Below are positions 50,597 through 60,389 of a DNA stretch of 64,000 nucleotides, in pieces. Source of the DNA: Thermodesulfovibrionales bacterium (lineage in GTDB: Bacteria > Nitrospirota > Thermodesulfovibrionia > Thermodesulfovibrionales > UBA6898). The stretch lies in assembly GCA_044450345.1 (NCBI GenBank), contig JBIOIY010000008.1, positions 1 to 64,000 on the forward strand. Reading direction: 5' to 3'. A program made the translations under genes and the position numbers. Every line of letters starts with the position of its first letter. The stretch's first letter is position 1. Below the pieces are notes generated by a model. That model had not been told where the DNA came from and did no database searches. It was given only the letters and a program-made list of their open reading frames with translations.

Positions 50597-51864
50597 TGAA
50601 AGTTCTCGTAATAGGAGTAAACCACAAGACAGCGACTGTCGAGATCAGGGAGAAGCTCGCCTTTAACGGCCCTAAACTCGAAGAAGGGGTATTCGGACTA
50701 AGGAAGGTCCCCGAGGTAAAAGAGGCCGCAGTGCTCTCAACCTGCAACAGGGTTGAACTCTATATCTGCGCGAGCAAGAGGGGGTCTGCCGCCGACCATG
50801 TCAAGGGTTTCCTCTCCGAATTCCACGGCCTGCCGAGGCAGGATTTCGAAAAATCGCTGTATGTTCATGAAGGGGAAGATGCCATAAGGCATATCTTCAG
50901 GGTCTCATCGAGTCTTGATTCGATGGTGGTCGGGGAGCCCCAGATACTCGGTCAGATAAAGGACACTTTTGATTTCGCCCTCAGTAAAAAGACCACCGGG
51001 GTGCTTCTGAATAAGCTCATGAAGAAGGCGATCTCCACCGCTAAAAGGGTGAGGACCGAAACAAGGATCGCAGAGAATGCGGTCTCGATCAGTTTTGCCG
51101 CGGTGGAACTCGCAAAAAAGATATTCACCAACCTCACCGGGAAGTCCTTTATGCTCCTGGGGGCGGGAGAGATGGCGGAACTCGCAGCCCGCCACCTCAT
51201 GAACAACGGCGTCCAGGACGTAATGGTCGTCAACCGTACCTATGAGCGGGGATGCGAACTTGCCCGCGAATTCAACGGCAAGCCGGTAAAGTTCGAGAAT
51301 TTCCTTCATGAACTCGTACACGCCGACATCATCATATGCTCCACCGGAGCACCTTCCTATGTCCTTATCAAAGAGCAGATGCACAAAGCCATGAAGGAGC
51401 GGAAAAACAGACCTGTCTTTATCATCGATATTTCCGTCCCGAGGAACATAGACCCCGAGATAAACAAGCTCGATAACGTTTACCTGTATAGCGTCGACGA
51501 TCTCCAGGAGGTGGTCGACACCAACATCCACGGCAGAAAGGTCGAGGCGGAAAAGGCCGAGAAGATAATCGACGAAGAGGTGGAGAAATTCATAAAGTGG
51601 ATGTCGTCGCTTGATTCAGTCCCTACGATAGTGGCCCTGAGACAGAAGGCCGATGAGATCAAGACGGAGGAGCTCGAAAAATTCAAGGGCCGGCTTCCCG
51701 GTCTGGACGAAGAGAAGATGAAGGCCGTAGAATATATGGCGGCTGCGATCATCAACAAGCTCATTCATCCGCCCACCGTTGCGCTGAAAGAGGATACCGA
51801 AGACAGGGACGAACTCATCGCCATGATAAAAAAACTATACGGGATAAACGGGGACGAGGAGTAG
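50596..51864 (+). CDS. hemA: Glutamyl-tRNA reductase
   Basis: STCNRVE, SLDSMVVGEPQILGQ, GAGEM, DISVPR. Confidence 0.97.
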   Translation: MKVLVIGVNHKTATVEIREKLAFNGPKLEEGVFGLRKVPEVKEAAVLSTCNRVELYICASKRGSAADHVKGFLSEFHGLPRQDFEKSLYVHEGEDAIRHIFRVSSSLDSMVVGEPQILGQIKDTFDFALSKKTTGVLLNKLMKKAISTAKRVRTETRIAENAVSISFAAVELAKKIFTNLTGKSFMLLGAGEMAELAARHLMNNGVQDVMVVNRTYERGCELAREFNGKPVKFENFLHELVHADIIICSTGAPSYVLIKEQMHKAMKERKNRPVFIIDISVPRNIDPEINKLDNVYLYSVDDLQEVVDTNIHGRKVEAEKAEKIIDEEVEKFIKWMSSLDSVPTIVALRQKADEIKTEELEKFKGRLPGLDEEKMKAVEYMAAAIINKLIHPPTVALKEDTEDRDELIAMIKKLYGINGDEE

Positions 51865-51974
51865 AATATCTTATCGATTCGTTATTACATAATGCGATGA
51901 CGTTGAGCAAGAGAAAATGTCCGACCGGGACACCGAATGCCTCTTCCTTTATCACGGTCGCAGGGCCGTTAAGG

Positions 51975-53522
51975 ATGATAGTGCGTGTCCCTAGAAAAGA
52001 TTTCTTTAAAGGTCTCGCCTTTTCCCTTCTGTCCCTCGCCCTTGCAGCTTCATCGCTCTCTGCTGCAAGAAGTCCTGTCGTCAGGATAATCGTGGTGGAC
52101 AAACAATCGGAAGCGGAAAATATACTGGCCGAAATAAACAAAGGCAGATCGTTCGCCTCCCTCGCAAAAGAACGGTCCCTTGATGAAAAAAGCCGGGGCA
52201 GATATGGGGAGATAGAGGCATCCGCTTTTGAGAGGCTCGATGAACCCTTGAAAAAAGCTGCGCTTACGCTCGGGGAAGGGGAGGTCAGCGGGGTCATTGC
52301 GTTAGGAGACAATAGATATGCGCTTGCCCTTGTGGTCGACATGACGCATTACAGGAAGGGGACGAAGGCTTTCAGATCGGGAGATTTCAAGGCCGCGGAG
52401 AAGGACCTTCTCAAACATGTCGAGCTTAACCCCGACGCGGTGAAGGCCCGTGTCATTCTCGGGCGGATCTACGAGACGGGAAATGAGGCGAACAAGGCTG
52501 AAGCGAGTTATAGAGAGGCCCTGCAGTTTGATCCGGGTTGTGAAGCGGCCTATGAACGTCTTGGCGCATTGTACCTTCTCCTGGGAAAGTTTCAGCAGGC
52601 GAAGGACCTATACGATGACGGGCTGCATCATCTCCCTGATTCTAAATCTTTGAGGACGGCAGTAGAGAAGATCAAAAAGCGCCTTTCATATGTCAAGAGC
52701 GAACCCCCGAAAAAAGAAACAGGAGGGACCGAGCCGCGTGGTGGGCATGAAATCCCTAAAGTGGATGCTCAGAAAAGCGGGGGCCCAAAGCCGGATAATT
52801 CGAAGAAGGAATTGCCTCCGGGCGAGGCATTGAAGGATAGGCCGTCAACCATCGGGACTTCAAAAAATATGGCCGATAGGAAAATGCACATAAGGATCAT
52901 CTTTGCGGAGAAAGAGTCTGATGCGCAGGATATTCTGTCACAGGTGAAAGAGGGAAGGCCTTTTGCCCTGCTCGCAAAGGAGAGGTCCGTCGACGAAAAA
53001 ACCAGGGAAGCGTATGGCTACCTCGGGGAGGTAAGTGTGGATTCTCTTCACACATCCATTCAGGAGGCATTGTCGAAACTGAAGGAGGGACAGACAAGCG
53101 GCGTCATCAAGATAGACCAGAACAGGTATGCTGTTGTTCAGGCCACGCAGATGGATCTGTACAGGGAAGGCGAAAAGGCCTTCATTGCCGGCAACTACAT
53201 AACTGCCGAGGGAAAACTGCTTAAGTATGTGGAGAATAACCCGGACGCGGCAAAGGCCTGCGCCATGCTGGGGAAGATATACGAAGACAGGAAAGAGCCG
53301 TCGAAGGCGATCGAAATGTATAAGGAGGCTATAGCGTTCAGCCCCAGGACGGTCCTTGTATACGAAAGGCTCGCGAAGGTTTATCTCTTCCTGGGGATGT
53401 ATCAAAAGGCAAAGGATGTCTATATCCAGGGGCTGAGTCAGGTGCCTTCGTCTCCTGTGCTGGAAGAGGGGATAGAGATGGCCGACCTCCTCTTGATAGG
53501 CAATGGGGAAAGAACGCCGTGA
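51975..53522 (+). CDS. Exported protein with two rotamase(PpiC)-TPR modules
   Basis: FA.LAKERS.D..G twice, each followed by TPRs; start uncertain. Confidence 0.78.
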   Translation: MIVRVPRKDFFKGLAFSLLSLALAASSLSAARSPVVRIIVVDKQSEAENILAEINKGRSFASLAKERSLDEKSRGRYGEIEASAFERLDEPLKKAALTLGEGEVSGVIALGDNRYALALVVDMTHYRKGTKAFRSGDFKAAEKDLLKHVELNPDAVKARVILGRIYETGNEANKAEASYREALQFDPGCEAAYERLGALYLLLGKFQQAKDLYDDGLHHLPDSKSLRTAVEKIKKRLSYVKSEPPKKETGGTEPRGGHEIPKVDAQKSGGPKPDNSKKELPPGEALKDRPSTIGTSKNMADRKMHIRIIFAEKESDAQDILSQVKEGRPFALLAKERSVDEKTREAYGYLGEVSVDSLHTSIQEALSKLKEGQTSGVIKIDQNRYAVVQATQMDLYREGEKAFIAGNYITAEGKLLKYVENNPDAAKACAMLGKIYEDRKEPSKAIEMYKEAIAFSPRTVLVYERLAKVYLFLGMYQKAKDVYIQGLSQVPSSPVLEEGIEMADLLLIGNGERTP

Positions 53523-54544
53523 TCCGGGAGATTGAGAGAAAAACGGCTTATGTTGTCCTCTGCCTGTTGGCGATCTTTATCTGGTCTTCTCTTGCGTCCG
53601 CAGACAAGCCGGCCCGCAAGGCAAAATATTCGAAGAAAAAGGCCGAGAAGACCGTAAGCGCCGGCAACCCGGCCGGTTATAAGGAGAGGTCCGCGACTGT
53701 CATTATGCCCAGTTCAGACGTCTTCTCCAGGAATTCCGGAGAATCCGAACGGGTAACGGAAGTCCTCCTTGGCGATGAGTTCAGGGTAATCAAGGAAGAC
53801 AAGGAATGGGCCTACGGGTACATTCCGTCACAGAAAGACTACCGCGGATGGATCAGGAAGGACACTATTTCATTTTCACCTGTCAATTCCCAGGTTAAAG
53901 ACAACACCTTTATCCAGGTGAAAAACGCGAAGGCACGGATCACGTTCAGGGACGGTTCCTTCATAAACGTGTACGCAGGCACACGGCTTCCGCTTCTCAA
54001 CAAGGACAACAGGCGGTATGAAGTGATTGTCCCGGATGGTTCAACCGGATATCTCCCCGTCGAGGCCGCATGGATGGAAAGTGACCGCGCTGGGAAAGAA
54101 GTCACTGCCGAAGACATATTACAGGCCGCAAAATTTCACGGTTCGGATTACAGGTGGGGGGGGATCACCACGGGCGGTATGGATTGTTCGGGATTTGTGT
54201 ATACGGCTTTCCGGCTGAACGGAATATATCTCAAGAGAGACTCTTATCTGCAGGCGGAAGAAGGCCTGGATGTGCCGATCGGCGAGCTGAAGGCCGGAGA
54301 CCTTGTCTTCTTTAAATCGGAGAAGGCGAACCGGATAACCCATGTGGGCATCTACATAGGAAACGGGAACTTTATTCATTCCAGCAAGGGCAGAAGGGGA
54401 GTTGCGGTAAGCAGTCTTTCCGACGACCATTTTAGAAATAATTTTGCGGGGGCCAGAAGAGTTCTCAACCGCCTCGACAGCGTAATCCAGATGAAGCAGA
54501 ACAAGGAGCCGGCCCCGGGGCCGCAGAACAAGAACGAAACATAA
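53519..54544 (+). CDS. NlpC/P60 peptidase with SH3-like domains
   Basis: YRWGG, DCSG, GDLVFF, HVGIY..FIH. Confidence 0.92.
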   Translation: MIREIERKTAYVVLCLLAIFIWSSLASADKPARKAKYSKKKAEKTVSAGNPAGYKERSATVIMPSSDVFSRNSGESERVTEVLLGDEFRVIKEDKEWAYGYIPSQKDYRGWIRKDTISFSPVNSQVKDNTFIQVKNAKARITFRDGSFINVYAGTRLPLLNKDNRRYEVIVPDGSTGYLPVEAAWMESDRAGKEVTAEDILQAAKFHGSDYRWGGITTGGMDCSGFVYTAFRLNGIYLKRDSYLQAEEGLDVPIGELKAGDLVFFKSEKANRITHVGIYIGNGNFIHSSKGRRGVAVSSLSDDHFRNNFAGARRVLNRLDSVIQMKQNKEPAPGPQNKNET

Positions 54545-54741
54545 TTTTGTTCCCTCCTCCTTAGTTATTACGAGCAAGGAGGGAGGATTTCACTGCGTGT
54601 GAAAAAGGGCAAGAAAATCGATATGCAGGACCTCAAAAGGATTTTATTTCCTGCTGGAGTAAAAGGTAAAATAGAACTCATGAAAACATCGGGTAGCGGG
54701 TCAATGGCCCACTATCAAACATCGGAGGGTCTTAACATTTT

Positions 54742-55710
54742 ATGAAGAATAGAATCATAATCGGAACCCGCGGCAGCAAACTTGCGCTCTGGCAGGCCGA
54801 ATGGGTGAAGTCAGAGTTGAAGAGGTTGAACCCGTCACTTGAAGTAGAACTGAACAAGATCAAGACCACCGGGGACAAGATCCTCGACGTTCCCCTCGCC
54901 CAGGTAGGAGGCAAAGGTCTGTTCGTAAAGGAGATCGAAGAGGCGCTTTTAAGCGGAGAGGCCGATCTGGCTGTCCACAGCATGAAGGACGTGCCGACGG
55001 AGTTTCCTGCCGGTCTTCACCTCGCAGTAATATGCAGACGGGAAGACCCGCGTGATGCCTTTCTCTCTCAACAGCAGGGGTCGACTTTCAGGATTCAGAA
55101 TTTCGATCAGCTGCCGGAGGGTGCCTCCATCGGAACGAGCAGTCTCAGACGGTCGTGCCAGCTCCTCAGCGCAAGGCCTGACCTTCAAGTGATGCAGCTG
55201 CGGGGCAACCTGGATACGAGGCTGAAGAAACTGGACGAGGGACAATTCGATGCGATCATCCTTGCGGCGGCAGGCGTGAAGAGACTCGGATGGGCCGACC
55301 GGATAACCCAAATTCTTTCCCCGGAGACAAGTCTTCCGGCCATAGGACAGGGCGCAGTCGGGGTCGAATGCAGGACCGACGACAAATTCATCCACGACCT
55401 CATATCTCCGTTGAACCACTACGAGACAGAAATCTGCGTCAGGGGAGAAAGGGCCTGTTTGAGGAGACTCGAGGGCGGTTGCCAGGTGCCTATAGCCGCC
55501 CATGCAAGACTGATCGAGGGGAAGATGGTTATGGACGGACTCGTCGGAAGCGTTTCGGGCGACAGGATCATCCGGTCCCGCGTAGAAGGCAGACCCGAAG
55601 AAGCAAAGGCCCTCGGTACAAAACTTGCCGAGGACCTGCTGTCAAAAGGTGCGGACAAGATTCTTGCAGAAGTGTACGGCAGGTGCGTCAACCAGATCGA
55701 CCCGCCCTGA
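54742..55710 (+). CDS. hemC: Porphobilinogen deaminase
   Basis: GTRGSKLALWQ, VHSMKD, GTSSLRR, EGGCQVP. Confidence 0.98.
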   Translation: MKNRIIIGTRGSKLALWQAEWVKSELKRLNPSLEVELNKIKTTGDKILDVPLAQVGGKGLFVKEIEEALLSGEADLAVHSMKDVPTEFPAGLHLAVICRREDPRDAFLSQQQGSTFRIQNFDQLPEGASIGTSSLRRSCQLLSARPDLQVMQLRGNLDTRLKKLDEGQFDAIILAAAGVKRLGWADRITQILSPETSLPAIGQGAVGVECRTDDKFIHDLISPLNHYETEICVRGERACLRRLEGGCQVPIAAHARLIEGKMVMDGLVGSVSGDRIIRSRVEGRPEEAKALGTKLAEDLLSKGADKILAEVYGRCVNQIDPP

Positions 55711-55762
55711 AAATAGTCTGCTCGGCCTTACTGAGGGGGTCATAAGTAAAGCCTCACAAGTC

Positions 55763-55856
55763 GTCATTCCCGCAAGCGAAGCGCGTCGGGAATCCTTCCG
55801 AAAGCAAAGAAAGATTCCGGACCTGCCTACCGGACAGGCAGGCAAGCCGGAATGAC
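55763..55856. repeat. GTCATTCC...GGAATGAC element with a nested CCTGCCT-AGGCAGG insertion
   Basis: 21-nt palindromic insert (55822-55842) relative to the 45697 copy. Confidence 0.85.
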
Positions 55857-55892
55857 AAAATAAGCTGAGATGTCGCGTTACTTTCGATCTTA

Positions 55893-56291
55893 TTACTTGT
55901 TGATCAGCTTCAGGGCCTTCTTATTGTCCGATGTGCTGAACAGACACATCGAAGTCTTCCCGGTCGACGTAGTGGCGTACATGTAGCCGATGTTGATACC
56001 GGCGTCGGCAATAGCCTTTGCCGCCTTATCGAGCTCCCCGACCTTGTTCGGCATCTCTACCGCGACGACATCCTCTTCCTCGAACTCCAGCTTCAGGTCC
56101 CTGAGGGCCTTCTTCGCTTTGGCGTTGCTATCAGTCGTCATGTCGAAGTAAGCCGTGTCGTCCCACGCGTAGGCGCAGATCGCCGAAATGTTCACCTTCG
56201 CCTTCGAAAGCCTCGTCGTGATCTCAGAAAGCAGACCTGGTTTGTCCTTCATGCTGAAGCTGAGGAGCCTTTCCTTCGTTGCCTTTGCCAT
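55893..56291 (-). CDS. Tandem ACT-domain protein
   Basis: DKPGLL..VNI, NKVGEL..INI; GGAGG RBS. Confidence 0.88.
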   Translation of the reverse strand: MAKATKERLLSFSMKDKPGLLSEITTRLSKAKVNISAICAYAWDDTAYFDMTTDSNAKAKKALRDLKLEFEEEDVVAVEMPNKVGELDKAAKAIADAGINIGYMYATTSTGKTSMCLFSTSDNKKALKLINK

Positions 56292-56339
56292 AACACACCT
56301 CCAGACGGGTTTTATTCTCATTGTAGGGCAAAGGCGGGA

Positions 56340-56396
56340 TTAGTCAATAGTCTGTTCTTTTAAAAATGTCTTTTTGTAGAGGACTTGAAATTTCAA
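56340..56396 (-). pseudogene. RelE/ParE-like toxin stub (MKFQVLYKKTFLKE...)
   Basis: TTGA overlap with the antitoxin stop; resemblance lost after about 14 codons. Confidence 0.55.
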
Positions 56397-56593
56397 GAGC
56401 GGGTTCGTTTACCGTAAAACTTTTTTGCCTCAGCTATCGAAAGGGATTTTTCATCTTTAACTTCAAAAATATACCGCCCAAGAGCGTAGTCTTCCAATAC
56501 CTCTTCTATCTTCTTGTAAATTTCAATGGGTATCTGAACGGCAACCTTCTTGTTTTTTTCATCAACAATATACTTTTTAGCTAAAGTTAACAT
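56393..56593 (-). CDS. Putative antitoxin
   Basis: KYIVDEKNKKVAVQIP; resembles 57421-57648. Confidence 0.7.
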   Translation of the reverse strand: MLTLAKKYIVDEKNKKVAVQIPIEIYKKIEEVLEDYALGRYIFEVKDEKSLSIAEAKKFYGKRTRS

Positions 56594-56759
56594 ACTGCCT
56601 CCACAAAAAGCATTATAACCATTATCATCCCGAAGCTGCAACTGCTGTCATACAGCTTCTTTCCTTTTCTCTTGATAATCGCCCTGATTTAGAGTTATAA
56701 AAAGTCATAGGGATGGAAGTTGTGACAAAATATAAGCCGAGACGGCGAGGAGGCAATGC

Positions 56760-57062
56760 GTGAAAAAGAATTGTTGGGAATTTAAAAGATGTGGAAGGGA
56801 ACCCGGAGGAGAAAATGCGTCTGCGTTGGGAGTATGTCCCGCTTCAACGAATACAAAACTTGAAGGTGTCTACGATGGAAAAAATGCCGGGAGGACATGC
56901 TGGGTAATAGCGGGTACGATGTGCAACGGCGAGGTCCAAGGCATTTTTGCTCAAAAATACAATGACTGTAGAATATGCGATTTTTATCAGAAAGTAAAAG
57001 AAGAAGAGGGCAAAGACTTTCTGATAACGGTGGACTTAATCAGGATGATTGAATATCCATAA
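56760..57062 (+). CDS. Cys-rich two-CW-domain protein
   Basis: NCWEFKRCGREPGG, CPA, GRTCW..GTMC, C..CDFY. Confidence 0.85.
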   Translation: MKKNCWEFKRCGREPGGENASALGVCPASTNTKLEGVYDGKNAGRTCWVIAGTMCNGEVQGIFAQKYNDCRICDFYQKVKEEEGKDFLITVDLIRMIEYP

Positions 57063-57173
57063 TAGCGATAACCCTTTTAATCTCAAACCGGGGCCGGTGA
57101 AATTTAGGCAACAGTTTCCGCATTGTTTGCAGGAAAAACCCGAGGGCGGCATCTACCGGGCAACCTCCCTTTT

Positions 57174-57428
57174 TTATCTGTAAACATCCCTTCGGTGTCT
57201 TACGCGATAGATAGTAATAATTTTGCGGCTTTCATCCACCGCGTAAACAACTCTATAATCCCCAACAGGCAGCCTGCATCTCTCATCACCTTTAAGCTTT
57301 TTGGCTTGGGGGTAGGGATAAGGATTGTCTCTTAAGGAGAAAATAGCCTTATCGATTTTGAGGAAGTCTTGATCAGGCAGGTCGTCTAGTTCTTTTCTTG
57401 CGGATTTCTTGATCGCGAGTTTATACAT
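57174..57428 (-). CDS. RelE/ParE family toxin
   Basis: SARKEL, NPYP..KKLKG, VGDYRVVY, RHRRDVYR. Confidence 0.92.
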   Translation of the reverse strand: MYKLAIKKSARKELDDLPDQDFLKIDKAIFSLRDNPYPYPQAKKLKGDERCRLPVGDYRVVYAVDESRKIITIYRVRHRRDVYR

Positions 57429-57648
57429 TCAGACGGGATTTTCTTTTGCGACTGTAAGTCTCGTAGTCTTCTGCGGATTCGCCTACCCTGTCTTCAATGG
57501 TCTTCAGGTCGATCAGGTCTTCTATCAGGTCATTGACCCTGGCAAGCTCTCTTATATCAAGCACTGCCGCGACTTTCTGCCCCTTAGCATCGATGATGTA
57601 TTGTTTTACCTTAATTTGATCGTCTTTTTGCCTTGAAGCTACAGACAT
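57421..57648 (-). CDS. Cognate antitoxin
   Basis: Overlaps the toxin start; QYIIDAKGQKVAAVL. Confidence 0.8.
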   Translation of the reverse strand: MSVASRQKDDQIKVKQYIIDAKGQKVAAVLDIRELARVNDLIEDLIDLKTIEDRVGESAEDYETYSRKRKSRLNV

Positions 57649-58079
57649 GACGGCCTCCTTTCTTAACGCGATCTTATTATATCACAGCCGCAATGAAGGC
57701 CGGTCGGAAGGCTGTATGAGACGCTGGCAAATCCTTTGCTCTGAATGGGAGTAAGAGAGGGTGGGTTAGTAGACGATGTACAGCTCCAACCACTTGTTCC
57801 AGAAAAATCGAATCTCCTGAACGAGCAGCAAGGGGCAGAGGCGGAGCCAAATAATAACCGGCACATCCAGGGTCGATCAGAGCAGCCGCTGGAGCGCGGA
57901 CCCTCAAAATCAAGTGGACGAAAATGTTGTGCGAATATCTTGACACTCACTGATAGAATTGATTTCCTTTTTTGAATTTAAAATCTCAACTTAATGTCTT
58001 AATGGTTTGCGAGAGGGACAGGCTAATTTTCTCATCTTTGCCCTCCTTTCAGCCTTCCACTGCTCGCAATGACAACTTT

Positions 58080-58225
58080 CTCAACCACTCAAACACAGCC
58101 CATGTAGCCTGAAGATCTTCTTCGTTATATTTGAGAATTTCATTCATGATGTCCCGCCTCTTCTGTTCATCATCGGTCTCCACCGCCTCGATATACTTCG
58201 CAATCGACCAGTCGCCGCCGTATTC
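58080..58225 (-). pseudogene. 3' remnant of a second TM0106-family nuclease gene
   Basis: Colinear with 17303-17448 (EYGGDWSIAKYIEAVET...VFEWL). Confidence 0.92.
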
Positions 58226-58238
58226 AGTTCATCCCTGA

Positions 58239-58631
58239 TTATTCTTCTCCATCCCGTCTAAAACCTATCTTCCTCTTCTTCGGTTCATCCGGCTTCATCA
58301 GTTGTCTTATCGCATCGAACACGATTTTAAACTGTGAATCATATTTCTTTTCCATGTCGGCGAGTTTACGGGCGAGGTCTTTATGTCCGGCAAGCATTTC
58401 ACGAAGCTTCACGAACGTTCGCATAACTTGGACATTCACCTCAATTGCCCTTTCGCTGTTCAGCACACTCGATAGCATTGCGACACCTTGTTCTGTGAAA
58501 ACATAGGGCAAATACCTTCGGCCACCTCTTCCACCCTTTGAGGTCACAATTTGTGACTTCAAACCTATAACTTCTTGATTTGTTAACCGAAATATGAAGT
58601 CGGGAGGAAAACGTTTAGGGTTTCGCTTGAC
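58239..58631 (-). pseudogene. ORF6N-domain protein, 5'-truncated
   Basis: [12 protein letters not shown]...[19 protein letters not shown]...KRKIGF; no native start. Confidence 0.85.
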
Positions 58632-58790
58632 GGGCTGTAAAGGCTATAAAAATATGAAGGTGTGATTTGTGACGTCATCGATCTATCCCCATTTTCCCAG
58701 CTAAACCACTTCCGTCTCTCTCTGACAATCCCGCTCCCTCGGCAAAGATTTTCATTATGATATGCCAACAACGCGATAAAGCGCAATAGC
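58632..58790 (-). pseudogene. 5' remnant and upstream region of the second TM0106-family gene
   Basis: Colinear with 18707-18865 ([16 protein letters not shown]). Confidence 0.92.
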
Positions 58791-58827
58791 TGGCAGTTTC
58801 CCTCCTACAGAATACCGCAGCAAAGAA

Positions 58828-58850
58828 GGACGTATGCCATACGCCCCTAC
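58828..58850 (-). repeat. GTAG-family REP
   Basis: Minus strand GTAGGGGCGTATGGCATACGTCC. Confidence 0.7.
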
Positions 58851-59024
58851 TGTTTCACGTCTCATATGTCGTATGTCCCTGCGGATTGTCCCCTTTCTGT
58901 ATCCGGAAAAAAGATATGGGGCATGAGCAGCTTTATTAAAGGGGGGTTAGGGATAGAAGGATTGTTAAAGCTTGCAGCTGGCGTGATTTTCAGGAAGAAG
59001 GCCGGCGAGGCGCCTCCGCACTTT

Positions 59025-59690
59025 TTAAACCGAAGGCCCCGCGTTCTCGATAGCTTCGAGCCGTTCCTTATTCCCCTGGCAGACGACGCAGAGCGTTGCA
59101 GTGGGGAGGACTTTCAAGCGCTTTTCACCTATCTCTTCGCCGCACTCCTCGCATATTCCGTAGGAACCCTCTTCTATCTTTCTTATGGATTCGTCGATGT
59201 CGTGCAGGGCCTTCCGGTGCGCAGCGAGCCTCCTGAGGTTAATGTCCTCGGAGATATCGACAACAGCCCAGTCTCCGTCGTCCAGAGCGGTATCTACAAG
59301 CTGCCGGTTCTCGCCGCTTATATATTTGGCGATCTCGTCTTTTGCCTCTTTCACGATCGCTTCCCTTCTTATTATCAGAGACCGCCTTATTTCCCTCAGG
59401 GCGTCGGCGACTGCCGGAGTTTTCGATACTGCTTTGGGTTTTGCTGTCGCCGCTACCTTCGCTTTCACAGGTGTCTTTTTAAGCGCCGCTACTTTCTTTG
59501 CAGCCGGCTTCCTGCTGACCGCCGTCTTTTTCGTTACCGGTTTTGACGCCGGTTTCGTCAATTTCGGACGGCGGGGCGTCTTCCCTTTTGCGGCTGCAAC
59601 CGCGCCTGTTTTTTTCTTCGGCGCCTTGACGGCATCGGGCCTTGTCGACCCCTTCTTGGGAGGAGCTGGTTTCTTTTTCTTGTCGGCCAT
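59025..59690 (-). CDS. dksA: DksA/TraR C4 zinc-finger protein with Lys/Ala-rich N-terminus
   Basis: YGICEECGEEI..RL..P.A.LCVVC; DDGD coiled-coil tip. Confidence 0.85.
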   Translation of the reverse strand: MADKKKKPAPPKKGSTRPDAVKAPKKKTGAVAAAKGKTPRRPKLTKPASKPVTKKTAVSRKPAAKKVAALKKTPVKAKVAATAKPKAVSKTPAVADALREIRRSLIIRREAIVKEAKDEIAKYISGENRQLVDTALDDGDWAVVDISEDINLRRLAAHRKALHDIDESIRKIEEGSYGICEECGEEIGEKRLKVLPTATLCVVCQGNKERLEAIENAGPSV

Positions 59691-59827
59691 TATTTCGCTT
59701 CTTCTTTTTTGATTTCCTCTTTGAAGACTTCTATGATGCTCCTGACCTTGATGCCGGCCTGCTGAAGGGCTTTCTGGATATCAGGAAGCTTTGCGTCTTC
59801 CACTTTGAGCATAAAGTTACTATTCAT
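59690..59827 (-). CDS. Small hypothetical protein (45 aa), not in the ORF track
   Basis: MNSNFMLKVEDAKLPDIQKALQQAGIKVRSIIEVFKEEIKKEEAK; GGAGG RBS; TAATG overlap with dksA. Confidence 0.7.
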   Translation of the reverse strand: MNSNFMLKVEDAKLPDIQKALQQAGIKVRSIIEVFKEEIKKEEAK

Positions 59828-59828
59828 G

Positions 59829-60389
59829 CTAAACCTCCATTATCTCTTTTTCCTTGTGTTCCAGGATCTCGTCTACTTTCTTGATATTAGAGTCGGTAAT
59901 CTTCTGTATTTCTTCCTGTTCTTTTTTCACATCATCTTCGGAAAGGTGTTTTTCTTTTTCAAACTTCTTGAGCTCCTCGTTCGATTCTCTCCGTATGTTC
60001 CGGACGGCCACCTTGGCCTCTTCGGCCCTCTTCTTCACCACCTTCACCAGCTGCTTCCTTCTTTCCTCGGTAAGGATAGGGATCGTAATCCTGATGATCT
60101 TGCCGTCGTTCATCGGGGTAAGTCCAAGGTCGGACTTAAGAATCGCCTTCTCTATATCCGGTATTATCTTGCTTTCCCACGGCTGGATCGCTATCTGTCT
60201 GCTCTCGGGGATGCTCAGACTCGCAAGTTGCTGCAGGGGCGTCGGGGTGCCGTAATAATCGATCGTCATTCCGTCGAGAAGAGCAAGGCTCGCCCTCCCG
60301 GTCCGTATGGAACCTAAGTCCTTTTTCAGCGCCTCAAGCGCGCTATGCATACGCTCAATAGTCTTTTTTCTTAACTCCTGCTCCATCAT
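59829..60389 (-). CDS. frr: Ribosome recycling factor
   Basis: [20 protein letters not shown]. Confidence 0.97.
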   Translation of the reverse strand: MMEQELRKKTIERMHSALEALKKDLGSIRTGRASLALLDGMTIDYYGTPTPLQQLASLSIPESRQIAIQPWESKIIPDIEKAILKSDLGLTPMNDGKIIRITIPILTEERRKQLVKVVKKRAEEAKVAVRNIRRESNEELKKFEKEKHLSEDDVKKEQEEIQKITDSNIKKVDEILEHKEKEIMEV

